64,000 bases of DNA from Rhodospirillales bacterium. GTDB lineage: Bacteria > Pseudomonadota > Alphaproteobacteria > Bin95. Within the stretch, counting starts at the first letter, position 1; every line of letters starts with the position of its first letter. Both the position numbers and the translations under genes were made by a program. The notes under the pieces are model-generated. The model was not told the origin of the DNA. It did not search any database and saw only the letters and a list, made by a program, of their open reading frames with translations. The DNA lies in assembly GCA_038143065.1 (NCBI GenBank), contig JAYQLI010000035.1, positions 1,088,001 through 1,152,000 of the forward strand, read 5' to 3'. Positions 53,727 through 64,000 of the stretch are shown here, piece after piece.

Positions 53727-54455
53727 ATGGATAAAATTATTGTTGAACAATTGGCTCCAACTGGCTCACTTCGAGCAGCTATAAATCTGGGCAACTTTCT
53801 ACTAGTCACTGACAAGGCGCAAAACGGAGATCCCATAGGCGTATCTCCCGACATGGCAAGCGCGATTGCTAAGCGTCTAGGGGTACCTGTAAAATTTGTA
53901 CCAATGGCTACTCCAGGGGAAATTTCCGATACGGCAAACCAAGATATTTGGGACATTGGAAATATTGGTGCTGAACCAAAACGAGCAGAGGTCATGGACT
54001 TCACTGCTGCCTATGCCGAAATACAGTCAACGTACCTAGTGCCTGCTGGCTCACCAATCCAACGGATTGAAGATGTTGATAAAAAAGGAGTGCGTATAGC
54101 AGTTTCAGCTAGGAGCGCATACGATCTTTGGCTTGATCGCAACATTAAAAACGCCAAACTTTGCCGGGCAGAAGGCATAGAAGCAAGTTTCAAACTTTTT
54201 GTAGATGAAGGTATGGAAGTCCTAGCAGGCTTGCGTCCGCGCCTCATAGATGATGTCAAACGGCTGGACGGGGCTCGTATTCTTGAAGGTCAGTTTTCTT
54301 CTGTCCAACAGGCAGTTGGCTGTGGCAAAGGCCGAGCAGAAGCAGCCGCATTCCTAAAGGAATTTGTCGAAGAAGCTAAACGCTCGGGATTTGTCGGTGA
54401 AAGAATAAAAGCACACGGCGTGGAAGGCAGACTTTCAGTTGCCCCATTATCGTAA
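53727..54455 (+). CDS. Family-3 solute-binding-protein fold protein lacking a signal peptide
   Basis: LAPTG.LRAAINLGN, WDIG, RA..MDFT..Y, DVD..GVRI, SAYDL.L. No hydrophobic N-terminus. Confidence 0.8.
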   Translation: MDKIIVEQLAPTGSLRAAINLGNFLLVTDKAQNGDPIGVSPDMASAIAKRLGVPVKFVPMATPGEISDTANQDIWDIGNIGAEPKRAEVMDFTAAYAEIQSTYLVPAGSPIQRIEDVDKKGVRIAVSARSAYDLWLDRNIKNAKLCRAEGIEASFKLFVDEGMEVLAGLRPRLIDDVKRLDGARILEGQFSSVQQAVGCGKGRAEAAAFLKEFVEEAKRSGFVGERIKAHGVEGRLSVAPLS

Positions 54456-54599
54456 AAGCCTGACAAGAGCTCACGCACTTCTAATATTCAGAAACATGTC
54501 CCGAAGTCGACTATCGCGTTTTACTTAAGTAAGAGGGCTGAGAGTAAAAAAATTAGTAAACTCCATCTTGTTTAAACCCTCGCCGTTATTTCGAATGTC

Positions 54600-54608
54600 T
54601 GATATAAT
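54600..54608 (+). promoter_or_regulatory. Extended -10 promoter of rnpB
   Basis: TG-A-TATAAT, ending 7-8 nt before the RNase P RNA 5' end. Confidence 0.6.
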
Positions 54609-54615
54609 AGGTCCT

Positions 54616-55019
<404 letters not shown>

Positions 55020-55140
55020 CTTTCCAAATAAGAAATCAAGAACAAAACAAGAATATATGCTTTTTTGAATGTAAAATTTTTAACTAATCCAAGTCTCCTT
55101 AAATTCAAATCCGAATTTTATCTGTGAAAAACGTCGAATA

Positions 55141-55225
55141 TTGACTTTTTTTCTTGGAATGTGGGTATAATCCCATATTATCCTAATTCAGACCATTTAT
55201 TCCCAAATGTGGATCTAGATTGGAA
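55141..55225 (+). promoter_or_regulatory. dcw promoter with MraZ-type direct repeats
   Basis: TTGACT (55141) and TATAAT (55166), then TCCCA/TCCTA/GACCA/TCCCA at 55171, 55181, 55191 and 55201 (10-bp period, TGGGA on the - strand). Confidence 0.7.
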
Positions 55226-55291
55226 TGCAGGTGAGCAACCCAAAAAGATCCGCGCAGGGAAAATGGCCTTAAGAGGGAGGCATAGACGCCA

Positions 55292-55777
55292 GTGTTCTAC
55301 GGAACGCACATCGTCAATATCGACGCGAAAAGTCGCGTATCGGTCCCTGCACTCTTCAGGAATCATATCCTCGCGGGTGCACCCGAATTCAATGGCATTG
55401 CGGTCTTTCCCTCTTTAAAAGCTGGTGACTCAGCTTACATGGCTTGTAATCCAAACTACCTAACCACTCTCGATACCCGCATTCGTGAAGCAGACATCGA
55501 TCCAGATGAAGCGGATGCGATAGCCGCTGCTATTTTTCCATTCGTTGAAATGTTGGCATTTGATAATGCCGGTCGAATATCAATCTCCCAAACTCTTAAA
55601 GCGCGGCTAGGCGTCGACAAGCAAATAGCATTCGTCGGTATGGGAAGTGATCGTTTCGAACTATGGCATCCTCAAACACACGAGGCACAGGTAGCGCCGG
55701 AGGGTGTGGCCCGTGGCTCTAATGCAATGTCGGTATTATTTGATCGCAAGGTAAAGCCGAAGGCGCTTCAACAATGA
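55292..55777 (+). CDS. mraZ: Transcriptional regulator MraZ
   Basis: F.G......D.K.R.SVP..FR, D..GRI, G....FELW. GTG start after GGGAGG; first gene of dcw. Confidence 0.9.
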   Translation: MFYGTHIVNIDAKSRVSVPALFRNHILAGAPEFNGIAVFPSLKAGDSAYMACNPNYLTTLDTRIREADIDPDEADAIAAAIFPFVEMLAFDNAGRISISQTLKARLGVDKQIAFVGMGSDRFELWHPQTHEAQVAPEGVARGSNAMSVLFDRKVKPKALQQ

Positions 55778-56751
55778 TGGCGGATAGGCATATCTCTGTA
55801 TTACGGGAGGAAGCTGTAAGAGCTTTAGCGCCGGAACGGGGCGGAATTTTTATCGATGCGACCTTTGGGGCAGGCGGATACTCAATGGCCCTCCTTGAGA
55901 ACGGAGCCAATCACGTCTTAGGCATTGATAGAGATCCAAGTGCAATCAATGAGGCTCAAGAGTGCATCAGCTTGAGTCATGGAAGATTGCAATTAGTGCA
56001 AGGAAATTTTTCTGATCTCCATGAACTTGCCGTCAAAAATGCTGCTCATCCTGCTGATGGCATTGCTTTCGACTTTGGTGTTTCGTCCATGCAACTAGAT
56101 CGGCCACAACGTGGGTTTTCTCTCAAATTGGACGGTCCCCTTGACATGCGCATGGGGCAAAATGGCCCTTCTGCCGCTGATTTTCTCAACACCTCTGAGG
56201 AAAGAGAAATTGCGCGAGTGATTCGTCAATATGGAGAGGAGCCAAGAGCCAATCGCATTGCCCAAAAAATCATTGAATGTCGCAAGTCAGCTCCCCTCAC
56301 CCGCACTTCACAATTAGCTGATGTAGTATTGAAAGCAATTGGTCGGCGACCAGACGCGCGCACCCACCCAGCAACTCGTACGTTCCAGGCTATCCGAATA
56401 CATGTGAACGATGAGCTTGGCCAAATTGAACGTGGGCTTCGCGCTGCAGAAAAAACATTGCGTCCTGGAGGTCGCCTGGCGGTTGTATCTTTTCATAGCT
56501 TGGAAGATCGATTGGTAAAAAAATTTCTCAGGGCTCGCTCGGGCCTTGTGCCAATGGCATCCCGCCATGATCCAAGCGCATTATCTCATGACCGCAAAGC
56601 TCCAAGTTTTCGTCTGCTCTCTCGCAAACCAACACTCCCATCAGAAACTGAAGTGGCGTTCAATGTGCGTGCGCGCTCCGCGAAGCTGCGAGCGGCTGAA
56701 CGTCTTGATTCTCCCATATATTATGAAACAGATCTTGGAGAGGCCGCATGA
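55774..56751 (+). CDS. rsmH: 16S rRNA m4C1402 methyltransferase
   Basis: HISVL, DATFGAGGYS, GVSSMQLD..RGFS, PLDMRM, TRTFQAIRI.VN, SFHSLEDR. Confidence 0.96.
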   Translation: MMADRHISVLREEAVRALAPERGGIFIDATFGAGGYSMALLENGANHVLGIDRDPSAINEAQECISLSHGRLQLVQGNFSDLHELAVKNAAHPADGIAFDFGVSSMQLDRPQRGFSLKLDGPLDMRMGQNGPSAADFLNTSEEREIARVIRQYGEEPRANRIAQKIIECRKSAPLTRTSQLADVVLKAIGRRPDARTHPATRTFQAIRIHVNDELGQIERGLRAAEKTLRPGGRLAVVSFHSLEDRLVKKFLRARSGLVPMASRHDPSALSHDRKAPSFRLLSRKPTLPSETEVAFNVRARSAKLRAAERLDSPIYYETDLGEAA

Positions 56752-57212
56752 TCCGACACGCAACCTTATTTTGGGTCACTGTTGGCGCTCTTTTTCTTGG
56801 GGGGCTAACCATTGTTGGTCATGAAGTTCGAGATCGCGACCAGACGTTAAGACAGCTCCACGGTGCAATTGAAAGAGAAAGAGAAAAAATACATGTCTTG
56901 AGAGCGGAGAAAGCATATCTCTCTAGCAGTGAAGTCATAGCTCAACGAGCCTCTTCTGAGCTTGGAATGATTGAATTCAAGGCGACTCAAATAATTAAAA
57001 TCGCCGACTTACCAAAACATATTCCAGAGCCAGGTCTTGATTTTACGCTGCCCGATTATTCTACACCCTTACTCTCGCTTCTCGCGCCTGAAAGGGAGTT
57101 TGATACTCCTAGCAGCAGCTTTGCCACAGCCTTGACACCTGATTGGCCAACTAACGTCAAATTTAGCAGGTATTCGTCAAGGATAACTAACATTACAAGG
57201 CCCCAAAGCTGA
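56748..57212 (+). CDS. ftsL: Cell division protein FtsL (alphaproteobacterial type)
   Basis: TM plus coiled coil with I.VLRAE.AYL. Lies between rsmH and ftsI. Confidence 0.8.
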   Translation: MIRHATLFWVTVGALFLGGLTIVGHEVRDRDQTLRQLHGAIEREREKIHVLRAEKAYLSSSEVIAQRASSELGMIEFKATQIIKIADLPKHIPEPGLDFTLPDYSTPLLSLLAPEREFDTPSSSFATALTPDWPTNVKFSRYSSRITNITRPQS

Positions 57213-58990
57213 TGACTTTCGAGGTCGTCCAGCCTACCGGGCGGTCAGCTGAGAAAACAGCGGGCTACAGGATAAAAGTGCCGCAAAAATTACACTTACC
57301 TGTAAAAATTAACATGTTTCCTTCTCGGCCAGACGCCGAAGAAGCCAGTCGCAATCGTCTCTTTGCGGTGGGGGCCATTTTTGCGGTCGCCTTTCTAGTG
57401 GTTTCCCTAAAGTTGATTGATGCCTCCATATATGCACCGCAACATAAGCTATACCTTGAACCTTCAAGGACTGTTGCAACACTTCCAACTAAGCAGCAGC
57501 TTCGTGCTAACATCGTTGACAGAAACGGAGAATTGATAGCTTCAAGTCTGCCAATAACCTCTCTCTGCGCTAGACCAAAACTTATTCGAGATTTTTCAGC
57601 TGCAGCATTTCTAGTTGCGGATGTTCTGCCAGAAACAAGTGCTGCTGCAATACAAGCGGAATTGGAACGAAAAAAAGACTATGTATTTCTAAAGCGCCAT
57701 ATAACGCCTTCTCAGCATAAAGCATTGCTAGGACTTGGTTTACCTGGCCTCTGTTTTGAAAAGGAGCAGCGTCGCATCTATCCCCAAGGCCCCCTTGCCG
57801 CCCATGTGGCAGGTTTCACCAATGTAGATGGAAGTGGTCTAGGGGGTGCAGAACTCTCCTTTAATAATGTCTTGCGTGAACGTGAAGAACCTCTCGCACT
57901 TTCAATAGATCTTCGAATTCAAAGAATCGTTCGCGATGAAGTGCGATTTGCAATCGAAAAATTTAGTGCGATCGGTGGTGTTGGCCTCATGATGGATATT
58001 CACACCGGTGAATTCCTAGCAATGGTCTCGCTGCCCGATTTTGATCCTAATGATGTAGGCAGCGCATCAGAGGACAGTAGAAGAAACCAAGCAACTCTTG
58101 GCACCTATGAAATGGGTTCTACTTTCAAACTTATAACTGCTGCCCAGGCATTGCAGACTGGAGAAGCAAAACTCAACTCGATGTTCGATGCAACAAAACC
58201 ACTGAAGATTGGTCGCTTTCGCATTCGTGATTACCATCCACAAAATCGCTGGCTATCTCTTGAAGAAGTTTTGATACACTCCTCTAACATCGGTGCCGCA
58301 AAAATTGCTGAATTAGGTGGAGTCGATCAGCAAAAAGCATTTCTGCATCGACTTGGGATGCTCAAGCCCGTCTCGGTTGAATTACCTGAAATTGGCACCC
58401 CTCAATTACCAAGACGCTGGAGTGAAACCTCCATGCGAACCATCTCGTATGGGTATGGCATTTCTGTGACACCGGTTCATGTAGCTTCTGCGATTTCAAG
58501 TCTTGTGAATGGCGGTACTCTTTACCAACCTACAATTCTCAAACGATTAAGAAATGAAGCCCCAACGGGAAGAAAAGTTATCAGTGAAGACGTTAGCAAT
58601 AAAATTCGATGGTTGATGAGGCAAGTTGTTGTTAACGGCACAGGATCAAAAGCTGAAACAAACTTTTATCCTGTTGGAGGAAAAACAGGATCTGCAGAAA
58701 AGAGAACAAAGGGCGGATCAGGCTATGATAAAAATTCCAACCTAGTTTCCTTTGTCGCAGCCTTTCCTATTCACCGTCCACAATATGCCTTGCTTGTAAT
58801 GGTTGATGGGCCCAAACCCCGCAAAGACACTTTTGGATTCGCTACAGGGGGATGGGTAGCTGCTCCAGCCGCACAAAAAATTATTGAACGCGCTGCACCC
58901 ACTCTTGGATTAGCCCCAGTTGGACTAGACGCTCCCGCTCGATCAACTCCAATTCTTAGAATTGCTAAGCACAAAGCACAAAGATCATGA
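57212..58990 (+). CDS. ftsI: Penicillin-binding protein 3
   Basis: RANIVDRNG, RIYPQG, STFK (SxxK), SSN, KTG. Confidence 0.95.
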   Translation: MTFEVVQPTGRSAEKTAGYRIKVPQKLHLPVKINMFPSRPDAEEASRNRLFAVGAIFAVAFLVVSLKLIDASIYAPQHKLYLEPSRTVATLPTKQQLRANIVDRNGELIASSLPITSLCARPKLIRDFSAAAFLVADVLPETSAAAIQAELERKKDYVFLKRHITPSQHKALLGLGLPGLCFEKEQRRIYPQGPLAAHVAGFTNVDGSGLGGAELSFNNVLREREEPLALSIDLRIQRIVRDEVRFAIEKFSAIGGVGLMMDIHTGEFLAMVSLPDFDPNDVGSASEDSRRNQATLGTYEMGSTFKLITAAQALQTGEAKLNSMFDATKPLKIGRFRIRDYHPQNRWLSLEEVLIHSSNIGAAKIAELGGVDQQKAFLHRLGMLKPVSVELPEIGTPQLPRRWSETSMRTISYGYGISVTPVHVASAISSLVNGGTLYQPTILKRLRNEAPTGRKVISEDVSNKIRWLMRQVVVNGTGSKAETNFYPVGGKTGSAEKRTKGGSGYDKNSNLVSFVAAFPIHRPQYALLVMVDGPKPRKDTFGFATGGWVAAPAAQKIIERAAPTLGLAPVGLDAPARSTPILRIAKHKAQRS

Positions 58991-60420
58991 GCGCTGGTAT
59001 AAATATTCGTGATTTTACTGGTTTAACAAGTGATAGCCGAAAAGTTTTAAAGGGGGGACTATTCGCAGCCTTAAAAGGTCAGAATTCCGACGGTCGGGAC
59101 TTTGCCAACCAAGCTTTGCAAAGAGGTGCTATTGCCATCCTGACTGATATGCGGAGGTGTCCAGCAACATGGCCACAAAATCTGCAAATTTTTCAAGATC
59201 CTGACCCACGTGCATGTTTAGCAAGATTAGCCGCCGAATTTTATGGCAAGAGGCCAGAAATTTCTGCTTTGGTGACGGGAACAAGTGGGAAAACATCAAC
59301 TGTTGAATTTGCTCGGCAAATCTTATCCGCAACAGGCCGACCAGCTGCAAGCATTGGTACACTTGGCATTATTACCCCTAATTCTAGCCATCTTGGGGGA
59401 TTAACTTCGCCGGACCCTGTAGACTTGATGGCAACCCTGGCTGAATTAGCAAACTGTGGCTTAACTGCTGTAGCAATAGAAGCATCCAGTCATGGTCTAG
59501 ATCAAAGTCGCTTGATCGGCGTACAGGCAGAGATTGGTACCTTTACTTCATTTAGTAGAGATCACCTTGATTATCATTTTACTGAAGAAGCTTACCTGGA
59601 CGCAAAACTTAGAATGTTCTCTGATTCAATGGCATCTGCAGGGATTTCAATTCTTTCTGCTAGCGTATCAGACATTCCAAAAATAATGCGAGCAGCGAGC
59701 CGTCATACTGTTTTAACTTATGGTCGCAGCGGTCGTTTTTTGCGCCTAAAGGATGTAATCCCTGAGCAATTTGGTCTCATTTTAGAGATAGAGGGACCAG
59801 ACCGCGACCATCGCATCAAACTGGACCATTTCGCGACTTTCCAGGCTGAAAACGCCTTAGCAGCAGCAGCCATAGCAATAGCCTCCGGCGCCGACGCCTA
59901 CGATTCAATACAAAGCATTGAAAGTCTTAAGCACCCACGCGGCCGCATGCAGCGAGCAGGGTCTACACAACAGGGCGCTCAGGTATTTATAGATTACGCG
60001 CACAAACCCGGTGCTCTTCAAGCAGCTCTGCAATCCCTAAAAAATATCACGACTGGACGAGTGACTGTAGTTTTCGGCTGCGGAGGTGAGCGTGATTTTG
60101 GCAAAAGAGCTCAGATGGGCGAAATAGCGGTTCAACTGGCTGATCGCGTCATTATAACCGATGATAATCCTCGCTCTGAAGACCCAACCGTCATTCGCAA
60201 AGCAATTCTAGAGGGCGCGAGAGGTGCAGAGGAATTTGCTGATCGCAGAACTGCGATTAAATCTGCAGTTGCAGGCCTCCAGGCTGGCGATACCCTTCTG
60301 ATTGCTGGTAAAGGGCATGAACAGGGACAAATCTTCGGCAAAGAATTGATACCTTTCGACGATTTGGAGGAGGCAAAAGCCGCTCTTTGCAATGTTGCTA
60401 ATGAAAGCAACAGCCTATGA
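58987..60420 (+). CDS. murE: UDP-MurNAc-tripeptide synthetase (mDAP ligase)
   Basis: DSR, VTGTSGKTS, EASSHGLDQ.R, DHLDYH, DYAH.P, GCGG.RD, DNPR, AGKGHE. Confidence 0.96.
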   Translation: MSAGINIRDFTGLTSDSRKVLKGGLFAALKGQNSDGRDFANQALQRGAIAILTDMRRCPATWPQNLQIFQDPDPRACLARLAAEFYGKRPEISALVTGTSGKTSTVEFARQILSATGRPAASIGTLGIITPNSSHLGGLTSPDPVDLMATLAELANCGLTAVAIEASSHGLDQSRLIGVQAEIGTFTSFSRDHLDYHFTEEAYLDAKLRMFSDSMASAGISILSASVSDIPKIMRAASRHTVLTYGRSGRFLRLKDVIPEQFGLILEIEGPDRDHRIKLDHFATFQAENALAAAAIAIASGADAYDSIQSIESLKHPRGRMQRAGSTQQGAQVFIDYAHKPGALQAALQSLKNITTGRVTVVFGCGGERDFGKRAQMGEIAVQLADRVIITDDNPRSEDPTVIRKAILEGARGAEEFADRRTAIKSAVAGLQAGDTLLIAGKGHEQGQIFGKELIPFDDLEEAKAALCNVANESNSL

Positions 60421-61883
60421 GAGAGCCCCTTTGGACTTCCGAAGCAATTTCAGTCGCCACTAATGGTCGAACCACTGGTTCGTTCTCAGTCAACGGTATT
60501 TCGATAGATAGCAGGCAACAACTTCATGGTGATCTTTTCGTTGCAATTGTCGGAAATCGGTTTGATGGCCATGGTTATGTTGAAACTGCTATCAAAGCTG
60601 GAGCAGCAGGCGCTATGGTCCATGAGACACCACCTGGAATGTCTCCTAATGATCCACGCCTAATTTTTGTAAATAATACTTTTACGGCTCTTCAGGATCT
60701 TGGGCGAGCAGCCCGCAGGCGATCTAAAGCCCATGTAGTGGCAATCACAGGCAGTGTAGGCAAAACAGGTACGAAAGAAATGCTGCGCGCTGGCTTTGAA
60801 CCAATTGGTCCGTGTCATGCGAATGAAGGGAACTTGAATAATCATATAGGGGTTCCTTTATCCCTTGCACGAATGCCATCAAATACAAAGTTTGCAGTCT
60901 TTGAACTAGGAATGAATCACAGAGGTGAAATTTGCGCACTTACAAAATTAGTTAACCCCAATACAGCTATTATTACCCGGATTGCACCAGCCCATATGGA
61001 ATCGTTCAGCACCATAGAAGCTGTTGCTGATGCTAAAGCTGAAATTTTTGCAGGATTAACTCCTAAAGGCACTGCAATTTTAAATGCTGACGATCCATTA
61101 ACAGAACGTCTCACAGCCTCTGTTCCTACCCATAGCAAAACCTTTTTATTTGGAAAAAATGATGGTGCGGATGTAAAACTTCTATCTAAAAAACTATACG
61201 AAAATGGCTCCCAGGTAAGCGCGCAAATTACCCAAAAGCCTATTTCTTGGGAGCTGAAACTCCCTGGTGCACACTGGGTTCAGAATAGCTTAGCGGTGGT
61301 TGCCGCACTTCATGTCGCGGGTGCAGATCTTCCAATATGCACAAGAGCAATCTCGCAATTAGAACCCTTGAAAGGCAGAGGCAGCCGCCATCGCCTCTGC
61401 GGTATAGATGTAATAGATGAGTCCTATAACGCTAGCCCTGCGGCGGTGCGTGCGGCTTTCACAACACTTGCGCTGTCAAAACCCAACCCAGGCGGCAAAA
61501 GGGTATTTATCCTTGGCGACATGCTAGAGCTGGGAGAGAGTGCAGCTGCGGATCATGCCGCACTTGCAAAGGAGTTTATGGCATCTGGTCTCGATCGCGC
61601 GCATGGAGCTGGCCCTCTTGCGCTTAAATTTCTTGAAGCATTACCACCAAAATATCGCGGGAAATGGGCAATGAATTCTGACGAGTTAGCTAGCGAAATC
61701 GACACCCTAGCTGATGCGGGCGATGTAATATTGGTCAAGGGATCCTTCAGTACGAATATGTCAAAAATTGTTGCAGCTCTGGAAGCACGGCAACTTGAAA
61801 GCAGAAAGTCAGACGCATGCTGTATAATCTTCTTCCAGCCTTTAGCGATGACTTTCAGCTATTCAATCTTTTCCGTTACCTAA
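60417..61883 (+). CDS. murF: UDP-MurNAc-pentapeptide synthetase; true end probably near 61795-61820
   Basis: SIDSR, ITGSVGKT, NNHIGVP, ELGMNH.GEI, DESYNASP, LGDMLELG, LVKGS. Confidence 0.95.
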   Translation: MREPLWTSEAISVATNGRTTGSFSVNGISIDSRQQLHGDLFVAIVGNRFDGHGYVETAIKAGAAGAMVHETPPGMSPNDPRLIFVNNTFTALQDLGRAARRRSKAHVVAITGSVGKTGTKEMLRAGFEPIGPCHANEGNLNNHIGVPLSLARMPSNTKFAVFELGMNHRGEICALTKLVNPNTAIITRIAPAHMESFSTIEAVADAKAEIFAGLTPKGTAILNADDPLTERLTASVPTHSKTFLFGKNDGADVKLLSKKLYENGSQVSAQITQKPISWELKLPGAHWVQNSLAVVAALHVAGADLPICTRAISQLEPLKGRGSRHRLCGIDVIDESYNASPAAVRAAFTTLALSKPNPGGKRVFILGDMLELGESAAADHAALAKEFMASGLDRAHGAGPLALKFLEALPPKYRGKWAMNSDELASEIDTLADAGDVILVKGSFSTNMSKIVAALEARQLESRKSDACCIIFFQPLAMTFSYSIFSVT

Positions 61884-62905
61884 CTTTTCGCGCAGCTGGT
61901 GCAGTCATCACTGCGATGGTCATTAGTTTTGTGCTCGGCCCTTTTATTATTCGCTCTCTCAAAGCAAGACAGAATGAAGGACAACCAATACGTGAAGACG
62001 GACCCGAAGGACACCTTCTGACAAAACGCGGCACGCCGACCATGGGCGGTGTAATGATCATTTTATCGCTTACTGTTTCTACGTTGTTGTGGGCAGATCT
62101 TTCAAATTCGTATGTTTGGACTGTTCTTCTTGTAACCGGAGGCTTTGGCCTAATAGGCTTTGGGGACGATTATCTAAAAATTACAAAGCGAAACCCAAAG
62201 GGCCTATCCAGCAAATTCAAATTCCTAGCACAACTAGTAGTTAGTGCTGTAGCAGCTGTAGTAATTGTATCGTCCACTCCAGCACATCTGAGTGAAGGAG
62301 TGGCGGTCCCATTTTCAAAGATCTCCTACTCGACCTTGGTATCTTTTTTATCCCATTCGCCATGATCGTAATGACTGGCGCTTCTAATGCTGTAAATCTA
62401 ACCGACGGCCTAGATGGCCTCGCAATTGTACCGGTGATGATCGCTGCTGCAGTTTTTGCCCTTATTTCTTATCTTGCTGGGAACATAGTTTTCTCTGATT
62501 ATCTCCAAATACTTTACGTCCCTGGCGCAGGCGAGTTGGCAATATTTTGTGCGGCTCTATGCGGGGCAAGCCTAGGCTTTCTCTGGTTTAATGCTCCCCC
62601 TGCTATGATATTTATGGGAGATACAGGGAGCCTTGCCTGTGGCGGAGCCCTGGGTGCCATCGCTGTTGTAGCAAAACACGAAATTGTCTTGGCAATTGTT
62701 GGGGGACTTTTTGTTCTTGAAACGGTTTCAGTCATTGTCCAAATAATTTCATTTAAACTCACCGGCAAACGCGTCTTTAGGATGGCACCCTCTTCATCAC
62801 CACTTTGAGCAGAAAGGCTGGGCAGAGCCAACAATCGTAATTCGCTTTTGGATTATAGCCTCCGTTTTAGCTCTCGTAGGGCTCGCAACCCTAAAGTTGA
62901 GGTGA
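61817..62905 (+). CDS. mraY: Phospho-MurNAc-pentapeptide transferase; frameshifts ~62315-62350 and ~62790
   Basis: [54 protein letters not shown]. Confidence 0.96.
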
Positions 62906-62911
62906 AACAAG

Positions 62912-64000
62912 ATGATCGACTTGTCACACCTTAAAGGAAGGCGTTACGGAGTTTTCGGTCTTGGTCGAACTGGCATGGCTGCAGTGAGGGCACTAATCGC
63001 AGGAGGAGCAGAGGTCGTTGCCTGGGACGACAACAACGATCTCCTAGAAACTGCATCTCAAGAAGGTGCTGAGACAGAAAACTTCATGACTGCGCCGTTA
63101 GCTTACTTGGAAGCGATAGTTTGGAGTCCAGGAGCACCGTTTCTTGCCCCCAAACCTCTGCCAGCTGCAAATGCAGCTAGACGTCACGGAGTACCACTAA
63201 TATCTGATGTGCAATTGCTTCTCGATGCTAAGCATGGGGCCCGCGTGATTGGGATAACTGGCTCTAATGGAAAGTCGACAACAACAGCACTCCTTGGGCA
63301 CATTCTCCAAAGATCCGGCAGAAAAGTTGCCGTTGGAGGGAATTTAGGTCCCCCGGCATTAGGTTTACAGAACTTAAGTGCAGACGGCGTCTATGTTCTC
63401 GAGCTCTCTTCTTATCAACTCGAATTAACACCTTCTCCCAGTTTTGATATCTCTATATTCTTAAATTTAGAGCCTGATCATTTGGATCGTCATAGTGGAT
63501 TGCACAATTATGCTGCTCAAAAACGACGTATCTTCATTGGCTGCAAAAGCGCAATAATAGGCACCGACGACCCTCATGGTCGATGGTTGCTTGAACGTTG
63601 CAAGAAGGATTTTCCTTCTACTGAAATTTCAACTAATCACCTACTAAACAAAGGTATATCTGTTAACAACGGCTGGTTATGTGAAGATGAGCAACCTGTT
63701 TTTGCTTTCAATTCTGCAAAAAGCCTGAATGGAAAACACAATCAGCAAAATGCTGCCGCGGCCTACGCAGCAGCCCGCAATCTAGGACTATCGACGGATG
63801 AGATAATCCCATCATTGGAAAATTTTGACGGTCTGCCTCACCGGCAAGCATTAATCCGACACATCAATCATATTTCTTATATTAATGACTCTAAGGCAAC
63901 GAACTCAGCAGCAGCAGCTCGCGCTTTGTCTAGCTTTGGAAGAACTTATTGGATTGCTGGCGGGTTACCTAAGGATGGCGGTCTCAAAGGCATAGAAGAA
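62912..64000 (+). CDS. murD: UDP-MurNAc-L-Ala--D-Glu ligase, truncated by the window end (not in ORF track)
   Basis: Manual translation gives VFGLGRTG, WSPG, ITGSNGKSTT, GGNLG, ELSSYQL, DHLDRH, GLPHR, NDSKATN, WIAGG..K. Confidence 0.95.
   Translation, partial: MIDLSHLKGRRYGVFGLGRTGMAAVRALIAGGAEVVAWDDNNDLLETASQEGAETENFMTAPLAYLEAIVWSPGAPFLAPKPLPAANAARRHGVPLISDVQLLLDAKHGARVIGITGSNGKSTTTALLGHILQRSGRKVAVGGNLGPPALGLQNLSADGVYVLELSSYQLELTPSPSFDISIFLNLEPDHLDRHSGLHNYAAQKRRIFIGCKSAIIGTDDPHGRWLLERCKKDFPSTEISTNHLLNKGISVNNGWLCEDEQPVFAFNSAKSLNGKHNQQNAAAAYAAARNLGLSTDEIIPSLENFDGLPHRQALIRHINHISYINDSKATNSAAAARALSSFGRTYWIAGGLPKDGGLKGIEE

Noticed and set aside
61795-61883. 67-nt murF/mraY overlap suggesting a fusion or extended MurF
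   Set aside because: MurF homology ends shortly after LVKGS. The tail is most simply an indel artefact or a trivial overlap.

Overview
This is 64 kb of chromosome from a free-living Alphaproteobacterium, probably a Rhodospirillales-like marine lineage. That assignment is inferred from conserved alphaproteobacterial blocks (ispH-thrB-rnhA, proC-ybjN-ubiK/lgt-midA-pgeF, rnpB-mraZ-dcw), a one-Cys DksA and a CtrA-type box. Housekeeping blocks (isoprenoid, threonine, proline and heme genes, parE, dksA, RNase P RNA, and the dcw cluster from mraZ to a truncated murD) alternate with many catabolic genes. These include three Fe/2OG TauD-family dioxygenases, two luciferase-like monooxygenases, a VOC/extradiol-type enzyme, a valine-catabolism operon, thiolase+DUF35, hydrolases and sugar-acid enzymes. 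Roughly 20 genes, including essential ones (parE, mraY, hemB, proC), are broken by single-base indels, mostly in homopolymers. This indicates long-read consensus error rather than pseudogenisation. I found no tRNA, rRNA, CRISPR array, IS element, prophage or recognisable defence system. The best candidate for an undescribed system is the operon at 94-7188 plus the adjacent glyoxylate-handling pair at 7216-9502. It combines a PAL-type amidating lyase with an intact active site, an Fe/2OG hydroxylase, an atypical VOC enzyme, an E1-only TPP enzyme and a tartronate-semialdehyde-reductase-like gene. All family assignments are from motif recognition and memory; no database search was run.
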